Translations under genes and position numbers: made by a program
The notes under the pieces: model-generated
What the model was told of the DNA's origin: nothing
Databases searched by the model: none
What the model saw: only the letters and a program-made list of their open reading frames with translations
Shown: positions 57,278-64,000 of the stretch, one piece after another
How the letters are laid out: every line of letters starts with the position of its first letter
How positions within the stretch are numbered: position 1 is the stretch's first letter
IMG/VR virus record: IMGVR_UViG_3300048883_000321
DNA from: an uncultured virus (IMG/VR IMGVR_UViG_3300048883_000321)
Lineage: Duplodnaviria; Heunggongvirae; Uroviricota; Caudoviricetes
Reading direction: 5' to 3' (one strand)
Length of the DNA: 64,000 nucleotides

Positions 57278-57376
57278 ATGGAATGCGAAGACTGCGAAGA
57301 ATACGAAGAAGATTGTACCTGCGGAGACCGACCCGCCCCATGGGACACCCGAGGCGAAGCCAACGGAGACCGATAG
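57278..57376 (+). CDS. 32-aa acidic Cys-rich peptide
   Basis: MECEDCEEYEEDCTCGDRPAPWDTRGEANGDR; AAGGAG RBS; downstream GAAA-loop hairpin. Confidence 0.6.
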   Translation: MECEDCEEYEEDCTCGDRPAPWDTRGEANGDR

Positions 57377-57659
57377 CCACCAGCGAGCCTGCCCCGAAAG
57401 GGGCGGGCTTCAGGCCCCGGTAGTACCTCCGGGGCACAAACGCGTGTGAATCCCATCGTGTGAAAACAAGCCAGCGATGCGGCAGCGACGAAAAGGTCGG
57501 GCGTGAATATACCCGGTAGTACTCCGGGGCGGTGGCGTGTGGTTTCGTCGATGAAGCCATTGTAGCGTGGCCTACCCTGAAACCCAACCTTACCCGAATC
57601 TTTTCTTTTTCGCCTGCTAGGTTAAAGAACGGTTCTATTAAGGTTATATTACGGTTCAT

Positions 57660-57746
57660 GGTTCAAAGCCTGAACCTGCTGCCGGTTCAAAGCCTGAACC
57701 TGCTGCCGTGTCAGAGCCTGAACCTGCTGCCGGTTCACAGTGAACC
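57660..57746. repeat. Three 24-bp tandem repeats carrying the palindrome GGTTCA-N5-TGAACC
   Basis: GGTTCAAAGCCTGAACCTGCTGCC twice, one variant and one partial copy. Confidence 0.85.
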
Positions 57747-57892
57747 TAAACACCAGTTGACCTTATCCGCTATCTCCGGGGCTTCGTAGGGTCAGAGTGA
57801 ACCTACAAGGGCTCCGGTAATACTCCGGGGCCTTTGTGCGTAAATCGGTTGGGCCGGGCCGAGGGCCGAAGCCCCCAGCCTCTAGCCGTTGG

Positions 57893-58051
57893 TTAGCGGA
57901 CTGCTTTTTTGAGTGCGTCCTTTTGGGCATCCGTCCAAACGTTGCCGTCAAGGTCGGTGAGGGTCCACCGGTCGTTATGAACGTCGGCCCTAGCCAACTG
58001 GTACGCAACTCCCGCTGCCCATGGGTCTAGGTTTATAAGTAGGTCGTTCAT
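57893..58051 (-). CDS. 52-aa mini gene
   Basis: MNDLLINLDPWAAGVAYQLARAD...; RBS and promoter module with site at 58133-58148. Confidence 0.65.
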   Translation of the reverse strand: MNDLLINLDPWAAGVAYQLARADVHNDRWTLTDLDGNVWTDAQKDALKKAVR

Positions 58052-58263
58052 GTTTGCTCCTTTGTTGTTTGTTTGATAAGGTTAGTATAGCACAGGTAAC
58101 CACCAGAAGCAACCCCGAAACAAAGATTTCTTTGTGACTTTTGTCACACCACAAGCGGCACCCCCCGGGGCTTGACAGGTGAAACGGCCACCAGCCCGTT
58201 TAAGGACTGGTGGCCGGAGCCGGGGGAGGGAAAGGAGGTAACCTCTCCCGCCTCTATTTTGGT

Positions 58264-58410
58264 CTAGCGGATTGGCGAGAAGTTTAGTTCCTCGATTATT
58301 CCGACGAGTTCTTCTTGTTTGGTGACCATTTCTTCGCTTGCTTCGGCGAGGGCTCGGTTGGTTGCCATCATTTTACGGAAGGCGATTTCGGTTGGGTGGT
58401 CCGGGTTCAT
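58264..58410 (-). CDS. 48-aa mini gene
   Basis: MNPDHPTEIAFRKMM...; RBS and promoter module with site at 58498-58513. Confidence 0.65.
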   Translation of the reverse strand: MNPDHPTEIAFRKMMATNRALAEASEEMVTKQEELVGIIEELNFSPIR

Positions 58411-58552
58411 GTCTTGCTCCTGTTCGTGTGTTGTTTGCTTATAGGTTTAGTATACACCAAGGGATGCCCGAAAGCAACCCCTAGAGGAAGATTTCTTTGT
58501 GACACCTGTCACAGCACCTCGGGCCGGGGCCGAAGCCCCAACCCGCTGACCG

Positions 58553-58780
58553 CTAGAGCAAGCCCAACTCACGGCAGACAACGAAGCGCCCATCGGCCAT
58601 GCGCCGACTTGACCAGCAAGCCACGCCGTCGCCCTCCACATGAGCCCATGTGGCATTTATGGCGTTTTGAGAAGTACGCTCTACCTTAAAAAGTTCGGTT
58701 CGCATGAGTAGTGCGAGGGTAGCGTTATGACGGATAGCGTCAAGGATTTCGATTTTCATGTTTGGCTTTTCGTTGTTCAT
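58553..58780 (-). CDS. Mini gene
   Basis: AAGGAG RBS; module site at 58862-58877. Confidence 0.55.
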   Translation of the reverse strand: MNNEKPNMKIEILDAIRHNATLALLMRTELFKVERTSQNAINATWAHVEGDGVACWSSRRMADGRFVVCRELGLL

Positions 58781-58935
58781 TTTTGCTCCTTTGTAGTTTG
58801 CTTGATAGTTGTATTATAGTGGGACTAAAGCCCATAACCAACCTCTAACTTAAAGTTTCTTTGTGACATCTGGCACAGGGGCCGGGGCCGCGGTTCGGCT
58901 GGCCGACTCGGTTAGGAGCCGACCAGCCGAGGGGT

Positions 58936-59070
58936 TTAGCCCGCCAGCAATACTATGCCGACGAAAAACGAGCAGTTAACTAGGACGTAAAGCCCAACGA
59001 TAACCCTTGCTTTAGGGTAACCCTGTTGGAACTGTTCGGCTAGGTTTTCTAGTGCCGTTGATAGGTTCAT
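58936..59070 (-). CDS. 44-aa single-TM peptide
   Basis: RBS; module site at 59153-59168; hydrophobic C-terminus. Confidence 0.6.
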   Translation of the reverse strand: MNLSTALENLAEQFQQGYPKARVIVGLYVLVNCSFFVGIVLLAG

Positions 59071-59286
59071 GTTTTCTCCTTTCCTCCTTGTTGGTATACC
59101 TTTAGTATACACCATAAGGTAGGCAAAAGCAACCCCTAGAGGAAGATTTCTTTGTGACATTTGTCACAGGGGCCGGGCCGCGTCAACCCTCAACCTCTAC
59201 TAGAGGGTTAGGGTTCCGCCCCAACCCAATCCGGCCGCGTGTGACATAAGTCACATGTGACACATGACCACCAACCCGGCCGAGGG

Positions 59287-59481
59287 TTACATCACGACCT
59301 TTAAGATTTGGACTGGCACGTGACGGAAAATGGTAGGGTTGATGCTGCCGGTGGGTGCTGCCGTGGTGATTACCTTGCCGTTGATTTCTACGATTTCAAG
59401 CAGTTCAAAACCGGTGGGTACGGTGATGGCTACAACGTCCCCGATTACTAGGTGCTTGGTGTAGGTGTTGGTTAGTTTCAT
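59287..59481 (-). CDS. Mini gene
   Basis: AAGGAG RBS; TTGCGG-N18-TAGTAT promoter. Confidence 0.6.
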   Translation of the reverse strand: MKLTNTYTKHLVIGDVVAITVPTGFELLEIVEINGKVITTAAPTGSINPTIFRHVPVQILKVVM

Positions 59482-59686
59482 TTTGGCTCCTTTGCCGTTG
59501 CTTCGTTAACCCCATACTATCGTTGTTTTACCCAATACCGCAACCTCAAACTAAAACTTTTCTAGATTTCTTTTCGGGGGCGAACGTGTGTTCTGTCGCG
59601 CTCCCGGCATTACCTCCGGGCCTTTTCTCGGGGGGATTCGGTGGGCTGGTTTGGCGGTAGCCCATTGACTACCGCCACCCTGCCCG

Positions 59687-59944
59687 CTATGGGGTCTCAA
59701 CGGCAAACAGCACGTATGTGTGCCCTTGGCCGTCCCCTATGTACTTAAAGCCGTCAAGGTCGGCGTGGTCGTAGCGTACGACCTGTACGCCCTTGTAACG
59801 GTCTAAGCGTCCGCCATAGGTAAAGTGGTCGCACATGTTGCCGACCCGTGTACCGGTGACCGGATGGTGGTCAACAAAAATGTCGTATTCAATGTTTTCA
59901 CCTCCGTTGATAAAGGTGTGGTGAATCATGGCTAGGTCTTTCAT
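59687..59944 (-). CDS. Mini gene
   Basis: AAGGAGG RBS. Confidence 0.6.
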   Translation of the reverse strand: MKDLAMIHHTFINGGENIEYDIFVDHHPVTGTRVGNMCDHFTYGGRLDRYKGVQVVRYDHADLDGFKYIGDGQGHTYVLFAVETP

Positions 59945-60630
59945 GGTGCCTCCTTAAGGCTTGGGCTACTTGCCCTCCCCCATAACGATACAGGGTAAAC
60001 CAACGATTGACGAGGCTAGACAACCATTCATTTTGGTCATAAGTCACACGGCCAGCGGAGAGTGGTCAATCGGTCACAAATAGCGGTCAAAAAGTGCTTT
60101 ATTTTCGAAGCCACCATTTGCCCTCTAAGACGTTTTCAGCCGATTTATGGGTGGTAGTCCCATAACGACCTTTAACCGCATACGCGGGCTATACGTGGCT
60201 CTGAGGGGATTCGCCTTTTATCACTCTTTGTGACCAAACGACCACTCTGAGTGAAGCCGGGGGCGCGCTGAAAATGCCACAGAGAGCGGTGGAGCGACCA
60301 CAAATAGTGACGGGAAAACCGCTTGTTTTCGAAGCCACCATTTGCTCCCTACGGCGTTTCTAGGGCGCGCGTGGGGGGTTGTGTCGTATTCGGCCTAAAC
60401 CGCTTAGGTGGCCTATACGGGGCTCTGAGGGGAAACCCAAAAAAAGCGGCCTCCGGTTCTTATCCCCCGGGGCTCATGTGTAAATCTCACTCTGCGTGGC
60501 GGGTTGACCACTTTCCGCAGGCGAATGGTCAGGCGTCACATTTATGATAAATCTTGATTTTGGGGGTGCGAAGGTTGTTATTTTTGATAGACTCACTCTT
60601 GTAAGCAACTATCACCAAGGAGGTGAAAAA

Positions 60631-61011
60631 ATGATAACCATTCAACACAACACGAATCGGAAAAGTGACGGTAAGCCTCTCCAAGCAATGGGGATGCGCG
60701 CTAGTTTTCTCAAGTACTTGGAGGACGCGGTGAAAGCCGTAGCCACCGAGGGACTGAGCCCACTAGCGGCACTCCGTCCACTTGGCACGATTTACGCTTG
60801 GGCTGGGGCGAAAGTCACCATCCACGTGGCACGGGTTCATGGAGATGTCTACCGCATCTCTTGGAGCCGTCCAGCGGGGCGTGGAGGCATCGCCACCGGC
60901 ACCAAGACCGTGGAGCGGGTAGCCACCATACGGTGCGCCACCAACCCTTTGGAGTTCCTCACGAACATCGTGGAGCATCCCGAGGGCTTGGACATTGAGC
61001 CCGTCGGTTAA
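60631..61011 (+). CDS. Hypothetical protein, paralog of 62881-63267
   Basis: AAGGAGGTG RBS; shares the HN..RKSDGKP..A.G.RAS and Y..SW.RPAGR motifs. Confidence 0.75.
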   Translation: MITIQHNTNRKSDGKPLQAMGMRASFLKYLEDAVKAVATEGLSPLAALRPLGTIYAWAGAKVTIHVARVHGDVYRISWSRPAGRGGIATGTKTVERVATIRCATNPLEFLTNIVEHPEGLDIEPVG

Positions 61012-61281
61012 TCGGCAGGGGGTCGGCCCGAAAGGGTCGGCTCCCACCGGGCCCCCGGCAGTACCTCCGGGTTGCGTTCGTGTGAATCTGTGGGCGTGTG
61101 AATCCCGTATGCTCCCGGTTCTGCCCTAGACTGTATACGTGTGAATTTGGCCTCCGGTTACCCCGGGGTGCATAGGGGCGTGTGAATGGGCGTGTGAATC
61201 CTTACGCGACAGTTCCGCCCGGCTGGGGGGCAGGGCGGAACTGGAGCAGGCAGAGGCGAAAGGAGGGAAAGCCCCCGCCCG

Positions 61282-61757
61282 CTATGGCTTAGTATACAGG
61301 GTGCCGTCGCTCATCCTGAGGAGGATGGGCTGGCCATCTTCGCTGAAAATGATTTCCTCGGTGGTTGGTGCCCCGGGGTCGTTCATCCATGTGATGGCTT
61401 CTAGGGCTAGTGCGAAAGTGATAACCCCGGCGATGATGACGGCCGCGGCCATGACCCGGTCGCCCGCCCCCATTACAGTGCCCCGCATTCACGGAGTGCT
61501 GACAGGTCAACGCTTTTCCATTCGGATGGGCGGGTGCCGTTCATGAGTGGGTGGACTTTGGTTGCGGTTTTCATGGAGGCATTGACGACGATGCCGGAGT
61601 GGCCGTTGGTGGTGGGCCAGATGTAGCAGATGTCGCCACCGTTGTAGGTGAATGCCTTCATGTCTTTGTGGGTGTTAAGCCATTGGCGGGCATCGTCTAG
61701 ACTGCCGAATGAGTACCGTGGCCGATTGTAGGCTAGGTCGTGGGTTATTGTTTTCAT
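61282..61757 (-). other. Two coupled mini genes (61473-61757; 61282-about 61473, single-TM)
   Basis: RBS and TG-TATAAT promoter with site at 61826-61841. Confidence 0.55.
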
Positions 61758-61961
61758 GTTTGCTCCTTGTAGTTGGTTATAGAGTCATTATACATGGTGG
61801 AGGGTGGGCTTGCTACCCTATTTGGTGTGGCATCCGTCACATCTCCCCCGGGGCTCCGTGTGTGTGACGAATGTCACAGAGAAACTTTGGGTCAGAGGTT
61901 GCGTTATGGTGGTTACCTCCGCTATACTGGGGTTATGACAAGGAGGGAGGAGGTGAAAAAA

Positions 61962-62174
61962 ATGATAATCAAAAAAGACTACATCATACTTTGGGAAACC
62001 TCAGAGGGCGAACTTGCTGCCGAAGAGGCACCAAACGCCACCGTAAGCGAGTTGGAGTTCCTCATAGAACACCCGCTAGTTACCGGCGACCGCATCAAAG
62101 AGGACACCGTGAAGGTGTTTGAACTGGGCGAACAGGTCTGGTACGGCACCGGCGCACCGCCAGTGCGCATTTAG
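61962..62174 (+). CDS. Acidic mini gene
   Basis: GGAGGTG RBS; module TGTGACGAATGTCACA (61863-61878), 20 nt, TTGCGT-N18-TATACT. Confidence 0.65.
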   Translation: MIIKKDYIILWETSEGELAAEEAPNATVSELEFLIEHPLVTGDRIKEDTVKVFELGEQVWYGTGAPPVRI

Positions 62175-62367
62175 GCCACAGGGTCGGCTCCCTCACCGGG
62201 AGTCGGCCCACCGGGCCTCCGGTTACCCCGGTTGCGAGCAGGTGTGGAAAGCCGCGTGTGAATCTGGGCTCCCGGGCCTGAATAGACTGAATACGTGTGA
62301 ATTTGGGCTCCCGGGCGGGTAGCCAAGAGCCCCACCCCCAAGGAGGGGAGGGGTGGGGCGAGGTTGG

Positions 62368-62517
62368 CTATCGGGTGATGCCGAAGGCGATGTCCATTAT
62401 GGCTGCCAGTTCGGGGAGAGGGTTCCCGGCCTTGGCGTACCGTTCGGCAGCGTCTTGGATGGCAGCATCTTCTTTCTCTGCCTTGACGTAGTCCGATGGG
62501 TCTGGTTCGTAGGTCAT
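62368..62517 (-). CDS. 49-aa mini gene
   Basis: AAAGGA RBS; module site at 62600-62615. Confidence 0.6.
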   Translation of the reverse strand: MTYEPDPSDYVKAEKEDAAIQDAAERYAKAGNPLPELAAIMDIAFGITR

Positions 62518-62705
62518 GTGTTTTCCTTTCGTGTAGTTGGTGTTACCTTTATTATACAGGCTGGGAACCCAATACCAACCCCGAAACAAAGATTTCTTTT
62601 GTGCCATGCGTCACACGACACCCCCGGGCCAGCGCAACCCTCAACCTCTACTTTAGGGTTAGGGTTCACGGCGGGCAGAACTCCCGGCCGGGGCGCGGAG
62701 CAAAA

Positions 62706-62785
62706 TGTGACGGATGTCACATGTGACAAATGACCGCTGTGACACATGACCGGTGTGACAAATGACCGCTGTGACGTATGGCACA
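62706..62785. repeat. Head-to-tail array of five 16-bp TGTGAC-type sites
   Basis: TGTGACGGATGTCACA TGTGACAAATGACCGC TGTGACACATGACCGG TGTGACAAATGACCGC TGTGACGTATGGCACA. Confidence 0.9.
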
Positions 62786-62880
62786 TGGATTCGCCCGGCC
62801 ACCTCCGGCTATCTCCGGCGGGAATCTCGCGGGTGGTTTGGTGGGGGAGGGTGACCGCTCACGGCCACCCTCCCGAACTG

Positions 62881-63267
62881 CTAGATAACCTCGATTTCTA
62901 TCGCGGTTGGTTGGTTTTCAATGTCGGCGAAGTAGCCGATAAGGTCGGTAGCGGTGTTGACCGTGACCGAGCGGACGATTTCCGCTTTGCCCATAGCGTC
63001 GCTGTAGGTGTTCTTGCGACCTGCGGGGCGTATCCATGACACGCTGTACCGGTCGGCACCTATGCGGGTGATGGATGCGAAGCAGACAGCGCCTGCGAAG
63101 AAAGAGAACCACGAACCTTGACGGTTATGGTTGACGGGGCGAACTACTTTCTCGCCGAGCCCTTTAGACAGTTGGTCAAGACTCGCTATTAGCGAAGCAC
63201 GTTGACCGGCTGCTTTCATGGGCTTGCCGTCGCTCTTCCTTTCTTTGTTGTGGGTGAGTGTTGCCAT
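62881..63267 (-). CDS. Hypothetical protein, paralog of 60631-61011
   Basis: AGGAGG RBS; collinear similarity over the full length. Confidence 0.75.
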   Translation of the reverse strand: MATLTHNKERKSDGKPMKAAGQRASLIASLDQLSKGLGEKVVRPVNHNRQGSWFSFFAGAVCFASITRIGADRYSVSWIRPAGRKNTYSDAMGKAEIVRSVTVNTATDLIGYFADIENQPTAIEIEVI

Positions 63268-63563
63268 GGGTGAACCTCCTAGGTTCGGGTTCAAGGTGTT
63301 TCCTTGATAAATACCATGCTAGAGGTTGCGTACCCAAAAATGACAGATTGTGACGGATGCCACACAACAATCTTAGAGTGGTCAAGCCACCACTTAGAGC
63401 GCACAAAAAAACGCTCATTTCTGAAGCCACCATTTGCCCCATGTGGCGTTTCTAGGTCACCGGTGGGGGATAGGGTCATTATAGGGGTCAAAGCCCACAG
63501 CGGGCTTGTGTGTGGCTGTGAGGGGAAACGCTGGGAGTGGTTAGAAGAACGCTCTAAGCGAAG

Positions 63564-63593
63564 CGAACAGGTGTTCGCCGAACGTGTGTTCGA
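63564..63593. promoter_or_regulatory. Two tandem LexA (SOS) boxes
   Basis: CGAACAGGTGTTCG and CGAACGTGTGTTCGA, 1 nt apart. Confidence 0.75.
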
Positions 63594-63833
63594 GCCCAAA
63601 AAACGCCTCCGGTACTCCCGGTTGCATTGGCGGGGGGATTCTGGCGTGTGAATCCTCCGGTGGCCCCTCCGGTGGCCCTCCCGGTTTATGTTACGACTTT
63701 ACACGTGTGAATCTGCCCCCGGGTGTGGTGTGTCAGATGTCACAAAGAAAACTTTGGGGGAGGTTGGTTCTTGGGAGTTTGGGGTGTATGCTTACGGCTG
63801 TAAGGCAAGTCAACCAACTACGAAAGAGAAAAC

Positions 63834-64000
63834 ATGAAACTGATTCAAGTTCAAGACGGGAGCCAAATGCTTTTGGTTCATCTGATTCATTGCGCTGCCG
63901 ACGCAACCAACAGCACAGAGCGGGAACTGACAACGGTAACCATGTCATGCGCCATGCTTGAACGTTTGGTTCGGGATGCTCAAGAAGCCGCCGGAGAGTT
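63834..64000 (+). CDS. Mini gene, truncated by the window end
   Basis: MKLIQVQDGSQMLLVHLIHC...; module site at 63729-63744 with TTGGTT-N17-TATGCT. Confidence 0.55.
   Translation, partial: MKLIQVQDGSQMLLVHLIHCAADATNSTERELTTVTMSCAMLERLVRDAQEAAGE

Noticed and set aside
57660..57746. CRISPR-like palindromic repeats
   Set aside because: Intervening sequences are identical 7-mers, not variable spacers.
56068..62666. Telomere-like TTAGGG repeats
   Set aside because: At most two hexamers, embedded in a larger palindrome; treated as part of an operator-like motif.
62706..62785. CRISPR array or mini-array
   Set aside because: 16-bp units abut with no unique spacers; no cas genes. The Cas4-like exonuclease is a common stand-alone phage gene.

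Overview
The window is most of a tailed dsDNA phage genome with an HK97-type capsid and a long non-contractile tail. The host is very likely an actinobacterium: the window has WhiB, an actinobacterial-type SSB, CGAAC-N4-GTTCG SOS boxes and many apparently leaderless genes. From about 54.2 kb leftward nearly all genes are on the minus strand, in this order: endolysin; recombination and regulatory genes; portal-MuF fusion; protease; capsid; neck; several fibre genes; a mucin-like membrane protein; major tail protein; chaperones; tape measure; tail tip; replication genes with a HARP-SNF2 helicase; a ParB/methyltransferase/HAD/CmoA-like cassette; terminase; and a holin cut off at the left edge. 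No integrase, DNA polymerase, tRNA or CRISPR array was recognised. Two things stand out. (1) A four-gene cassette directly upstream of the terminase encodes a CmoA-like carboxy-SAM synthase and a ParB-fused SAM-type transferase, a candidate packaging-linked DNA modification system. (2) A region of about 10 kb (54.4-64 kb, running off the window) is built from repeated strong-promoter/mini-gene modules and packed with several families of operator-like sites: CRP-type palindromes including a 5-site array, LexA boxes and at least four unassigned motifs. It may be a host-takeover or transcription-factor-decoy region. All assignments come from reading motifs by eye; no database searches were run.
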